A stretch of DNA of 64,000 nt from Eledone cirrhosa (taxonomy: Eukaryota), in assembly GCA_964016885.1 (NCBI GenBank), contig OZ024742.1:203236001-203300000 (forward strand), in the 5' to 3' direction. Both the position numbers and the translations under genes were made by a program. The notes under the pieces are model-generated. The model was given only the letters and a program-made list of their open reading frames with translations. It did not search any database and was not told where the DNA came from. This document shows, in pieces, positions 41,234 through 53,541 of this stretch (positions within the stretch are counted from its first letter, which is position 1; each line of letters begins with the position of its first letter).

Positions 41234-41855
41234 ATATATATATATTTATATATATATATTAAAATATAGCTATGTATGTGTGTATATATATGTATATATA
41301 TATATATGTGTGTATGTGTAAGTATATGTGTGTATACACACACACACACTCACACACAGACATATATATACATATACATTCATACATCATCCAAACGTAC
41401 AAAAATACACACACACGTATATATATATATATATGTATATATACACACAAACAGACAGACAGACACACGTTTATAATAGGTTCTGTAGGATATTATCATA
41501 GCTACTTTTCTTGTTTGCTTTATAACAGATTTCTGAAAGAAATTGCTTTATCTTGCTTATTACTAACGTTTCTTATTTCTAACGTTGATCTTAATAAACT
41601 TGAAGATTTTATTAATCATTGGTTCCACCATTTTTGCTATTATTAAGTTGTAGAAATATATTTAATTGTGATCAAAATTGAGCCTGGAGATGTTTGACTC
41701 AATAGAAGAACAAAAGAAGAAGGGTCAAGATATTATATGTGTCTGTTCACTATTCCCTGGTCTTATATGCCCCTTAGCGAAAACATAGTACCAAGTTATA
41801 ATCGATTGCGAGTGACAGCTATTGGTTAGTATTTTTTTAATGTATATATATATAC

Positions 41856-41894
<39 letters not shown>

Positions 41895-41972
41895 AGCCGT
41901 CGGGGTCCTACTTGTACCTATATATATATATATATATATTACATATTATATAATTATATATATATATGTATA

Positions 41973-42032
<60 letters not shown>

Positions 42033-42134
42033 CGTTCAGCGTATCGGTAGGGGTTCTCCTACTTGGATATAAAGTAGTGGCCGTACTCGAAAACGAGTTG
42101 GCAGCCACCATATATATATATATATATAGAGAGA

Positions 42135-42570
42135 GAGATTTTGAGTATATGTTGGTTGTATACCAACACCTCAGTATGCAGGCTGGAGCACTCGACGAAG
42201 TGCGCAGGTTGGTTTGGTTACTCCGGAGTAATGTAAAATAAAGTTAAATAAAAAGTCAAATGTTTAAAATTTAGCTTCGTTTATTGCTGCTATATATATT
42301 TCAGTGACAGCCATCTTTGGCTGTAACCTCTTCAGGCAGTCCGAATTAGTATGATTCCAGTTCCTCGGTGAAATAACAACCCAAACAGGAACTGGGCATA
42401 TCAGAGTATTGACAATATTATACACCTCAACGACATATGTACTTGTCTATACCACACTAATTCGGACTGCCTGAAGAGGTCACAGCCAAAGATGGTTGTC
42501 ACTGAAATATATATAGCAGCAATAAACGAAGCTAAATTTTAAACATTTGACTTTTTATTTAACTTTATTT
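42135..42570. mobile_element. Inverted pair of PLE pLTR tails, each with a hammerhead
   Basis: 42235-42353 is the reverse complement of 42453-42571; ctgc-CTGAAGA-...-GAAA-tatata-TA-gcag at 42467-42519 (+) and 42287-42339 (-). Confidence 0.8.
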
Positions 42571-42668
42571 TATATATATATATATATATACAAATAATCA
42601 TTATCGAGTAAAATGACAGGAGGCCGGACTGTTCTATCCAGTGGTGAACCAACAAACCTATGTGTGTG

Positions 42669-42765
<97 letters not shown>

Positions 42766-42821
42766 GTATATATATATATGTATATATTTATATATATATA
42801 TATATACATATATATACATAA

Positions 42822-42865
<44 letters not shown>

Positions 42866-43341
42866 TAAACGGAATAGAAAATGCTGACAAATTGTTCACA
42901 GTTGAAAAATGGTTTAATTAGGAATAAAAGAGTATTAGTGATTGTATGGGTTAGTATTCAGTTGTGGTTTTAAGTTTTTAAGTTTTTACCGGTTGCGCAT
43001 TTCTAAATGCTTTTCAAAAATAATTTTGAGATGGAGTGTCCGTGCTGTTTGCTCTGATCTGATTAGTTTTGGGAATTCTACCTGTTTTTATGTTAAAAAA
43101 ATGGCTCCAGCGTTATTTTTGTGTTGTAAAAATGCTTGTGGTCAAAACAATTTTGATTGGTCGGTAGAGGTCATGTGAATGTAAAAAGTTGATTTTGCGC
43201 CAAGACTGTTTTTATGTTAAAATGTTAGAAAAGTGGCTCCAGCAAAGATTATGGTCAAAACAATTTTGATTGGTCGGTAGAGGTCATGTGGATAAAAAAT
43301 TGGTTTTGCGCCAAGATTGAGAAATGACTCTTTCACAACAG

Positions 43342-43385
<44 letters not shown>

Positions 43386-44012
43386 TAGTAGTAGTAAGGT
43401 ATTCGATGCTGCGACAATAGCCACCAGCGATGTGTGTCAAATGGCTATTAAGATAAGTGTGTGTGTGTGTGTGTGTGTGTGTGCGTACATACACACAGCA
43501 GAGTCATTCGAAGGTCAAAAGATATTTTTCAGCTTTTGTCTTATACGGAGAAGTGCGTGTGTGTGTGTGTGTGTGTGTATAAGTCTCTTTGTATGTTGAT
43601 GTACGCGTGTGTATGTGTCTGTGTATATATGTGTGTGTGTGTGTGTGTGCGTGTGTGGGTGGACCAGTATTTTTTTCCCCCCCCTGGTAAAATGGTGTAC
43701 ATTATTCGATTTTTTCAGTAAAATCGGTTCTCTTAATAGAACATCAACAATCTTAACAATAAAGGGTGTGAAATGATATTTACTATATACACATATATAC
43801 ACACACACCCACACACACATATATATATATATATTTTCACTACATACACATATATATATATATACATATATACATACATATATCTGCACATATATTTTTT
43901 TGTATTGCACCATAGAGCATGTGTGTTTACGTGTGTCATTGTGTCTATATGTGGGTAGAGATGTGTGCTGATGTAGGTATGTATGTTGACGTGTGTATGT
44001 TGTGGGTTCGTC

Positions 44013-44645
44013 TTAGGGAGAAGTGTTTAGACGGGGTCCGTATTTGTTAATGAAGTAAGATTCCTTGCTGATGCGCTGGGTGTGGGTGGCATTATCTTTA
44101 AATTTGTAGAGGGGAAAGATTCTGAAGTTGGGATGATTTTGGGCGGCGCAGGTATCAATGTGTTCACTCAGTGGTATTTTCCTGTATTCCCGTATTTTAA
44201 TTTGGGATCTATGGACAGTCATGCGTTGGCGGAGGCTGTTTTTGGTCTGGCCTATGTATTGTTCTCGACAACCTGAACAAGTTAATACATATATTAAATT
44301 TTCCGATGCACATGTGAAATTGTGTTTTACTATAAAACGTTGTCCATCTTTGAAATAGAATTCCGAACCCTCTATTAGGTTGATGCAAATGCCACAGTTG
44401 GGTCTATCGCATTTTTTTACTGTGGGTTTCGTTGTTGTGGTTGGCAGTACTTTGGCATGTGTTAAGATGTTTTTCATTGACTTGGATTGTCTTTTGCTTT
44501 TTATGATATCGTGTGTTCGTAGAATTTGGTTCATTCTATGGTCCTTTTTCAATACAGGGATGTTCTGGAGGATGGTGTCAAAGGCCTCGTTGTTGAGGGG
44601 GTTGTGTGTGGAGATGTATGGAAGAGCTTTTAGTTTTGGTTGATT
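44013..44645 (-). CDS. PLE Cys-linker + GIY-YIG endonuclease fragment (Neptune-like)
   Basis: KCDRPNCGIC, TCASENLIYVLTC..C..QYIGQT...RMTVHR, E...I...LN. Confidence 0.85.
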   Translation of the reverse strand, partial: NQPKLKALPYISTHNPLNNEAFDTILQNIPVLKKDHRMNQILRTHDIIKSKRQSKSMKNILTHAKVLPTTTTKPTVKKCDRPNCGICINLIEGSEFYFKDGQRFIVKHNFTCASENLIYVLTCSGCREQYIGQTKNSLRQRMTVHRSQIKIREYRKIPLSEHIDTCAAQNHPNFRIFPLYKFKDNATHTQRISKESYFINKYGPRLNTSP

Positions 44646-44666
44646 TACTTTATATATATATATTTA

Positions 44667-45127
44667 TGGCGTGATGTCTTTGAGAAAAAGCGAGTGGAGC
44701 ATGGTGTTTTGAAGCGTTCACTTCGTAAGCGGGACTTATGCAATGCCTGCAAAAATTCACCAAGATTTGAGGTGCAATGTATGTGGCCGATTTCTTCTAA
44801 CAAAGGCTGGTTTTGTTAACCATCTGAAATCACACGAGTCAGGGAGAAATCGAGCCAACTGTGAGATGGTTCTACTGTGATACACTCCACGGCTTAGTTG
44901 CAGTAAGTGTGGATTAATCTGCAAGTCAGCAGGTGGTCTGATCAGACATGGTGAAATGCATGAAAACACACCCCAGCCAGTATTGGCAGGAGACAGGCAG
45001 TTGAAGTGTCACATCTGTGAACGTATCTGCAAAACAAAAACGGGTCTGAAAAGACACCTGCGTGCACATGACCGTGCAATTTTCAATGAAAGGAAGGTAC
45101 TCTTCTGACAAGAAGGAGCAATCAACA
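44667..45127 (+). mobile_element. RTE LINE 3' end with three C2H2 zinc-finger remnants
   Basis: CNVCGR...[43 protein letters not shown]; parallels the RTE C-terminus at 53708-54091. Confidence 0.75.
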
Positions 45128-45185
45128 TATATATATATATGTGTGTGTATATAATTATATATATTTATGTATATATATATATATA

Positions 45186-45216
<31 letters not shown>

Positions 45217-45873
45217 GTATATGTATATATATATATGTATATATTTATATATATATATGTGAGTGTGTAAAAAAATTGAAAATGCAATTGGAGTGTGTGA
45301 GTGTAATGAGAGTTTGCAGTACTGGAACCTGGAAGACAACAAATCAATGAAGTACTCGCCAGATGGTAAGATGCAGAGTGGGTATATTAGTGGAAGTAGA
45401 AGATCTACCACGAGCTCCGCGTTTCCAGCTGAATAGGTAATTCGATGTGATATAAATATTGAATGCTCATACTCACTACACCAAAAGCACACGAATATAT
45501 ATATGAATGATAAGGCCTCTTATAATGAAAAACAATGTGAAATGAAGCGCCTTGCTCAGGTTTGGTCCGAGAAACGAACCCTCAACGGTATGATCATGTG
45601 TCCAACACTCTAGACAATAGGCCACGCGCCTACACTAGCATGTATTACAAATAACATTTCTTTAATACAATGCTTTTAAGCCAGTAGCAATGTTTTTCTA
45701 AGACAAAACTATAGCTTTCCTGGAAATGAATATATATTTATGGTTCAGTAAATATATATGTATGTATGAATGTATTTATAGTTGAATGTGTATATATATT
45801 TACTCTTTTACTCTTTTACTCTTTTACCTGTTCCAGCGATCCGGCTGAGGCAATGCTGGGGCATATATATATA

Positions 45874-46769
45874 CTAGCAGTGGTACCCGGCGTTGCACGG
45901 GATAAGGTATTTTGGAACGCGGGCCGCCAATAGACCTAAAAACTGCATGCCTGGACAATATGTAAAGAAAATAAACCGAATACTCTGATGGCTGGATAAT
46001 CTTTAAGATTTTCCTCGATGAAGCAGGAAAAATGCAGGTTTTCACCTAATGCGGGCCCTAGGGATCAAGAAAATAAATTTTTTTTATGTGCATAATATGC
46101 CTTGAAATTTCGGGAAAATCGGCTAGACGTAACGCCCCCCCAAAAGCCCTAAGAAGCTGAAAAAATGAAATTGTTCACCTAATGCGGACCCTAGGCCATA
46201 AGAAAGTTGGATTTTCTTTGCTTACGGTATGAAGAAGAGACTGAATAATACATAGTTACAATTTCAAGGAAATCGGTCTGACGTAACGCCTCAAAAAACC
46301 CCTAAAAATGTTAAACAACGCAGTTTTTCACCTAATGCGGGCCCTAGGAGATTAAAAAAGGTGCATAACACTCCCTGAAACATAAGTAATACACATGTAA
46401 AGTTTGAAAAAAATCGGTTGGGTACTTCTTGAGTTTTAGGGATTCAAACTCACACACACACACAAACACACATCCTCAAGGAAGTGACGTAATGCAGACA
46501 AACAGGCATACAGACAGATATTATAAGGGCGCGACGTTATAAGTATGTATCTATCTAAAAAGAGAAAGACTAAGAATTATAGAGCGAGATCGCCTAATGT
46601 GGTCCATGGGGCATAGAAAATTTGAATTTTCTTTTGCTCAGAAAACTCCCTGAAACATAAGTATTACATGTGTAAAGTTTGAAAACACTCGGTTGGGTGG
46701 TTCTCGAGCTTTAGGGATTCGAACTCACACACACACACACACAGACATCCTCAGTTTTATATATATAGA
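45874..46769 (-). mobile_element. Non-autonomous Helitron (composite)
   Basis: Minus strand 5' TC(TATATATATAAAA), 3' hairpin cccgtgcaacgccggg + CTAG; ttcacctaatgcgg subrepeats. Confidence 0.75.
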
Positions 46770-47320
46770 CTAGCAGAAAACCACCCGGGGGCGGTTTTCT
46801 GCTAGTCTATATATCTAAAACAGAGAATGTCTGTCTGTCTGTCAGCTCACTAAAACTTGAGAACCATCCAACCGATTGTTTTCAAACTTTAGACATGTAA
46901 CACTTATGGTCCTGTGAGTGTTTTGGGCAAAAATTATTTCAAATTTTCAATGCCCTAGGGACCGCATTAGGCGATTTAGCGTTCTCCTTATATAATTCTT
47001 AGTCTTTCTTTTTAGATAGATACATAGATATAACGTTGCGCCCTTATAATATCTGTCTGTATGTCTGTATGTCTGCATTACGTCATTATGACGCGCTCAG
47101 CGCGATTCCCTCGGCCTCAGTGACCAAAGTCAGTGGAGAGGGGAAGGTAATGTTTCTGTAGCACGTGTTTTAGCGTCTATTCACTCTCTCTCTCCCTCTC
47201 TCCCTCCCGCTATCCCCCTCTCGTAGTCTGTCTCTTTCTTTCACTCTCACTCTCTCTCTAAGCACGTGTTTCCACTGTCGGACAGACAGACAGAGAAATT
47301 GCTGGTTATATATATAAGTA
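46770..47320 (+). mobile_element. Second Helitron-related unit, inverted relative to the first
   Basis: CTAG|TC junction at 46802-46807; 46806-47087 is a diverged inverted copy of ~46484-46769. Confidence 0.6.
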
Positions 47321-47469
47321 GATATTTCTTAGAAGCCGCTATAAATATTAGGGCAACAAAATCAGGTGGAAGAAAAAAAAAATAAGAATCCGAGATGTTA
47401 CCTTGGAAGTTAGTACTTCAAACAAATTACAACACATACACACGCACACACACTCTCTCTCTTTCTCTC

Positions 47470-47505
<36 letters not shown>

Positions 47506-47620
47506 CCTCTCTCTTTCTCTTATATATATGTATGTAAAAGGTAAACAGAAATAACAACACAATCGGTACAGTATATGGAAGGAATATATTAGTTTAATGC
47601 TTTAAATAGCAGGAAAAGGG

Positions 47621-47656
47621 TCTTAACGTTTCGGACACTAGTGCTTCATCAGAAGA
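47621..47656 (-). ncRNA. Minimal hammerhead (CUGAUGA)
   Basis: Reverse complement: tctt-CTGATGA-agcactagtgtcc-GAAA-cg-TT-aaga. Confidence 0.65.
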
Positions 47657-47740
47657 AAGAATGAGAAATAAGTTAGATTGAAGGGACGGGCGGGTTGGAA
47701 ATATATATATATATATATACATATGGACAGAGAGAGAGAG

Positions 47741-47813
<73 letters not shown>

Positions 47814-47824
47814 GGGGGAGAGAG

Positions 47825-47877
<53 letters not shown>

Positions 47878-49208
47878 TAGAAAGAAAATCAGAAAGATAG
47901 ACAGACAAATAGATAGATAGATAGACAAAGAAATATACAAATAGACAAGTCGCTGAATCGATGCATGGATCGACTAACGGATTAAACAAAGGAGGAATCA
48001 ATTTCCAGATCGATATCTATAATCATTTACTCAAATGAAATAAAGTAAACATATCAAACAATAAAATGAAATAAAATAAAATAAACAAATACAAGGACAA
48101 TACTCAGCACGAGTAAATAAAAAGAAAGGATGTGGAATTATATGTTATTTCCATATATGTAGAGGTATGCGTGGACACTTAACAACTGATGGCCATTTGA
48201 AACCTGGTTCAGCCAATCTCTGTACTTGTGTGAATACTGGTGGTTACTTCTAGACAAAAGAAGCGTGTAAAAAAGAGTGTGAGACAGAAGTGATATAGAC
48301 TAAGGATTGCCTCTAGTATCTGACGTCATACAACCTTATCAAAGAATGGCATATTAAATATTGTTGTCCAAGATATACTTATCCATTTATTATTCGAAAC
48401 TTGAGTCACAGTATAGTCGTAGGAACTTAATCTTAGACATATTAATCCTTGTAAAGTCCGGCCTCTCCCTAGATCTGAATACAGCCGATTTCTTTGGGAG
48501 AGACAGGCGTGGGGTGGGTGGGGGTGAGGCAAGAGTAAAATCTATAACAACACTCCATGTGGATCATAGCTGCAGAAGTTATACTGAAAGATGTAAAACT
48601 GTAACATGATTCATATGGTTTAATATGAGGGATGAATCGACCCTACTAGAGGACTGGTACTTAAGCGACCTCGAAAGTTTGAATATACTATTTATAAGGG
48701 TGATAACAATTACGTTTCCAGCTGACTGAACAGAATCAACGTGAAGCAGTGTCTTGTCCAAGGACACAATGCCTCCCGAGGCCCAGTAATCAAACTCCAG
48801 ACCTTAACTACTAAGCCACGCGTTATCTGATAAAGTAGTGTACTTACCAATAATTCTCTACAAGGAATGAAGGACATTTATTCATGAAAGTAAGCATAAA
48901 ATAAAACAGGAAAAATCCTTAAAGTCCAGAGTATAGATCACTTGGTACTTACCTAAAATAAAAAGAAAATAGAAAAATTAGATGCATATATATATATATA
49001 TGTGTATGTATGTATATATGTATGTATAGATGGATGGATGGATATGTAGGAAGATAGATAGATAGATGGATAGGTAGGTAGATAGATAGGTAGGTGGGTA
49101 GGTATGTAGATAGGTAGGTATATATATATACATATATATATATATGTGTGTGTGTATATGTATATATATATATATATGTGTGTGTATATGTATATATATA
49201 TATATATA

Positions 49209-49816
49209 TGTCAGGTCACCAGTTGGTGCTACTGATAACATGAATTCCAGTACAACCTGTCTCATGGTCGGGTCGTTGGCGACTAAACTGGCAACCCCAC
49301 CAAGGTTTCTTGGTGAGGAGGGTGACTTTGGACATCCTGCAGGACTAAAACCAAAACCTGTTAAAGGGCAAAGGAGCTCTTAAGAGTCAATGGCCATCCA
49401 AAATCACCGGGAGAGATGACCCCTTAGCCTTCGTCAAGGCAGAATTCTAGGAGAAGAAAACTCTGATATAACACCTGCATCCCTGATGGTATCCAATGAT
49501 GATGAATTGTTCTTCTTTTTGGTAAATATCATCTTGGTTAAGAGAGTGGGACTGGCTTTGTGCAGTGCCTTTGCTCACTATAAAAGCTTCACGGCACAGA
49601 CATTGCTTTATATCTGGAGATCTCTCTGCACTTGTCGTCACATGGTACCATGGGCCCAACACTATGTGTCGATAATTGTAACATGTGTAGTGTTTGTACC
49701 AGAGTTTTCAAGTCGCTGGCTGGACTAAAAAGTCACGCTTGTTCAGCGCATTGGTAGGGGTCCTCCTACATGGATATAAAGTAGTGGTCGTACTCGAAAA
49801 CGAGTTGGCAGCCACC

Positions 49817-49817
<1 letters not shown>
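49209..49817 (+). mobile_element. ~610-bp bipartite non-autonomous RTE derivative (5' UTR-like part + 3' end)
   Basis: Second full copy at 52643-53252 (-), 3' fragments at 42034-42108 and 51858-52041; retains CSVCTRVFKSLAGLKSH and an RTE-like 3' stem-loop. Confidence 0.7.
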
Positions 49818-49861
<44 letters not shown>

Positions 49862-49864
<3 letters not shown>

Positions 49865-50719
49865 TATATATTTTACATTCATTTAAATTATTGACGTATT
49901 GTTTTATTGATATTTTTTATCTGTTTGGCCCGAATCTTCCTTTATCGATTTTAAATCGTATGGTTGATTGTAGACTTGTTCTATATGTGACGGTATTTTA
50001 ACGATAGTTATAGCTCTGATTCATCTGAATTATTGAGCCCTCTGCCGCTCATATCGAATTTCGTTTATCGTGAACTCGTGCGCCGATTTTTCGATACTCG
50101 ATCTTTCTAATATATTTAGCTCTGGACTTAGCTATCCACCAGTTAATTTTATTGCTCATTTTTTGTCGATTCTATTGAGTGATGAATAGCTTTTGTTTTA
50201 TTTTAACATGTCTATTGAGCACTCTATTTCGATATGTGTATTTCCACATTCACTCGAATTGTTTTCGCGGATATAGGGGTCATCTCCCTTGTCTAATGCC
50301 ATGTGCGTTTTTCACTGGTAGTTAACTCCTCTGCCGCCAGGAAAAAACTCGTTGATAACGTAAACCTCCGTTCCACTTGCTCTAGTAGGCTTTTATATTT
50401 ATATGTGAGCTGATAGAGTACAGTCTAAGGATTTACAGAAACCCATGAAGCTAGATTTAACACCTGTCTAGTGGGTCCGGGTATGATTTTACATTCATTT
50501 AAATTATTGACGTATTGTTTTATTGATATTTTTTATCTGTTTGGCCCGAATCTTCCTTTATCGATTTTAAATCGTATGGTTGATTGTAGACTTGTTCTAT
50601 ATGTGACGGTATTTTAACGATAGTTATAGCTCTGATTCATCTGAATTATTGAGCCCTCTGCCGCTCATATCGAATTTCGTTTATCGTGAACTCGTGCGCC
50701 GATTTTTCGATACTCGATC

Positions 50720-50725
<6 letters not shown>
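49862..50725 (+). mobile_element. Non-coding tandem HHR element (retrozyme-like), 616-nt period
   Basis: 49871-50112 repeated almost exactly at 50487-50728; HHR immediately before the repeat restart; (TA)n flanks. Confidence 0.75.
50347..50482 (+). ncRNA. Hammerhead with U3:A8 core and extended stems II and III
   Basis: actcg-TTGATAA-cgtaaacct...aggatttaca-GAAA-ccca..ctaga/tctag-tggg-TC-cgggt. Confidence 0.65.
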
Positions 50726-50752
<27 letters not shown>

Positions 50753-50848
50753 AGTATTGAAGTTTCCGTTGAAAATTGAATAGGAGTGAAGAGTGCTCTA
50801 TGTAAGTACCAGAGCTAAATTTAATGTATAATAAACAATACAATATAA

Positions 50849-50918
50849 TTACCTCATTACCAGAGGTTTCCCGAATAAGATGAATTCGATAAACGTCCCC
50901 ATTCGTTCATCGGACAAG

Positions 50919-50922
<4 letters not shown>
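50849..50922 (-). ncRNA. Hammerhead with CCGAUGA core in a PLE tail (50752-50924)
   Basis: Reverse complement: ttgccttgt-CCGATGA-acgaatggggacg/catcttattcgg-GAAA-cctctgg-TA-atgaggtaa. Confidence 0.75.
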
Positions 50923-50967
<45 letters not shown>

Positions 50968-51187
50968 GGAACCCCAAGTCTTTTGGTTTAATGTTGATGC
51001 GTAAATTATATATTATAGTCTAATTTTTAAACTTCAATCCCTCACCCGGACAACTATTATAAAAGGGCCGCCTTAGAATATAGACCCCAACTACACAAGC
51101 GGAGTTGCTGATGTATACCACAATTTCAAACTGCTAGCCTTGAGTGATACGTTGATGTAAACAATGATCTTGCAATCACATGTTATA

Positions 51188-51234
51188 TGCCTTGATAAGT
51201 CCCCCCATGGGGTCGGACGAAACGGCTGTCGGCA
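51188..51234 (+). ncRNA. Minimal hammerhead with U3:A8 core (element ~50966-51275)
   Basis: tgcc-TTGATAA-gtcc...ggac-GAAA-cggctg-TC-ggca. Confidence 0.75.
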
Positions 51235-51270
51235 ATAAACTTGTTATGATGTCATAATAGTTCTTTTTCA

Positions 51271-51340
<70 letters not shown>

Positions 51341-51414
51341 GTATAATAAACAATACAATATAATTACCTCATTACCAGAAAAAGGTCCTCATTCGTTCAT
51401 CGGACAAGGCAATT

Positions 51415-51488
51415 TTGCCTTGTCCGATGAATGAATGAGGACGTTTTTCGTATTCGTCTTATTCGGGAAACCTCTGGTAATGAGGTAA
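51415..51488 (+). ncRNA. Hammerhead with CCGAUGA core in a fold-back PLE tail (51337-51590)
   Basis: ttgccttgt-CCGATGA-...-GAAA-cctctgg-TA-atgaggtaa; inversion centre at ~51413. Confidence 0.75.
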
Positions 51489-51587
51489 TTATATTGTATT
51501 GTTATTATACATTAAATTTAGCTCTGGTACTTACATAGACACTCTTCACTCCTATGACTTATACAATTTTCAACGAAAACTTCAATA

Positions 51588-51627
<40 letters not shown>

Positions 51628-51629
<2 letters not shown>

Positions 51630-51833
51630 AACCAGTAAGACCCCGACATCTGAGCTCAAGCCGTTTCGACGGCTAATTCTGGACAGGATTAGCCGTCCAG
51701 AATTAGCCGTCGAAACGGCTTGAGCTCAGCTGTCGGGGTCTTACTGGTTCCTATTACCCACTCTACTACCTCAAGTATTGAGTACTTTGGTGCGTTATGG
51801 TCCACCTGGTTCCTTACCACATTTCCTTCGTTA
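51628..51833 (+). mobile_element. Half-HHR palindrome family copy
   Basis: Palindrome 51627-51753 plus the shared tail; further copies at 52351-52484, 58540-58620, 19310-19420, 11265-11370. Confidence 0.75.
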
Positions 51834-52038
51834 TATATATATATATATATATATATATGGTGGCTGCCAACTCGTTTTCGAGTACGGCCACTACTTTATA
51901 TCCATGTAGGAGAACCCCTACCGATGCGCTGAACGAGTGTGACTTTTTAGTCCAGCCAGCGACTTGAAAACTCTGGTACAAACACTACACATGTTACAAT
52001 TATTGACACATAGTGCTGGGCCCATGGTGCCATGTGAC

Positions 52039-52074
<36 letters not shown>

Positions 52075-52287
52075 TAATTTCAGAGATCGTATTTCGGCGG
52101 CGGTCAAAAGAAAACGAAACGCAGTTTTCGAGATATGCCGGCAAGTGCTCGATGGACTAGGAAGAATCCAGAACAATTAACATACGTTATAAAGGCCAGA
52201 CACATTATAATAATGGCTGCGAAGTGACAGGCTAAGCAGCCGAAAAAACGAGCAACCTAAACAGATTATACATATATATATAAATAA

Positions 52288-52354
<67 letters not shown>

Positions 52355-52481
52355 AGAAAGTATGACCCCGACGGCAGAGCTCAGGTCGTTTCGGCGGCTA
52401 TTTCTGGAAATAGCTGTCGAAACGGCTTGAGTTCTGCCGTCGGAGTTATGGTGCATCTGGTTCCTTACCACAACACCTTCG

Positions 52482-52632
<151 letters not shown>

Positions 52633-52642
52633 CATACATAGA

Positions 52643-53252
52643 TGGTGGCTGCCAACTCGTTTTCGAGTACGGCCACTACTTTATATCCATATAGGAGAAC
52701 CCCTACCAATGCGCTAAACGAGTGTGACTTTTTAGTCCAGCCACCGGCTTGAAAACTCTGGTACAAACATTACACTTGTGACAATTATTGACACATAGTG
52801 CTGGGCCCTTGGTGCCATCTGACGACAAGTGCAGAGAGATCTCCAGACATAAAGCAATGCCGGTGCCGTGAAGCTTTTATAGTGAGCAAAGGCACTGCAC
52901 AAAGCCAGTCCCACTCTCTTAACCAAGATGATATTTACCAAAAAGAAGAACAAGTCATCATCATTGGATACCATCAGGGTTGCAGGTGTTATATCAGAGT
53001 TTTCCTTCTCTCAGAATTCTGCCTTGACAAAGGCTAAGGGGTCATCTCTCCCGGTGATTTTGGATGGCCATTGACTCTTAAGAGCTCCTTTGCCCTTTGA
53101 CTGGTTTTGTTTTTAGTCCTGCAGGATGTCCAAAGTCACCCTCCTCACCAAGAAACCTTGGTGGGGTTGCCAGTTTAGTCGCCAACGACCCGACCATGAG
53201 ACAGGTTGTACTGGGATACATGTTACCAGTATCACCAACTGGTGACCTGACA
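52643..53252 (-). mobile_element. Second copy of the bipartite RTE derivative
   Basis: Reverse-complement match to 49209-49817 over its whole length. Confidence 0.75.
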
Positions 53253-53376
53253 TAAATACATAGATACATACATATAAACATACATACTTATAAACATACA
53301 TACATACATACATACATACATACATACATACATACATACATACATACATACATACATACATACATACATACATACA

Positions 53377-53497
53377 TGATGGCTGCTCCCTCGTTGACGA
53401 GTATGGCCATTGCACGAGGAGAAAAAAAAAATTAATAAATACATAAAAAAAGAAAATAAAAGAAAATTAAAAAAAAAGAAATATATATATATATACA

Positions 53498-53541
<44 letters not shown>

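Noticed and set aside
43090-43330. ~113-bp tandem duplication
   Set aside because: No ribozyme motif found; likely an ordinary subrepeat in a PLE 3' UTR
48360-48412. GAAA-cttgag-TC-acag HHR-like 3' half
   Set aside because: Upstream core reads CCAAGA (incomplete) and stem II is weak; at best a decayed ribozyme
49215-49345. Possible HDV-like or twister ribozyme in the 5' part of the RTE derivative
   Set aside because: Hairpins and a GAGGAGGG motif are present, but I could not assemble the required pseudoknots by hand; needs a covariance-model search
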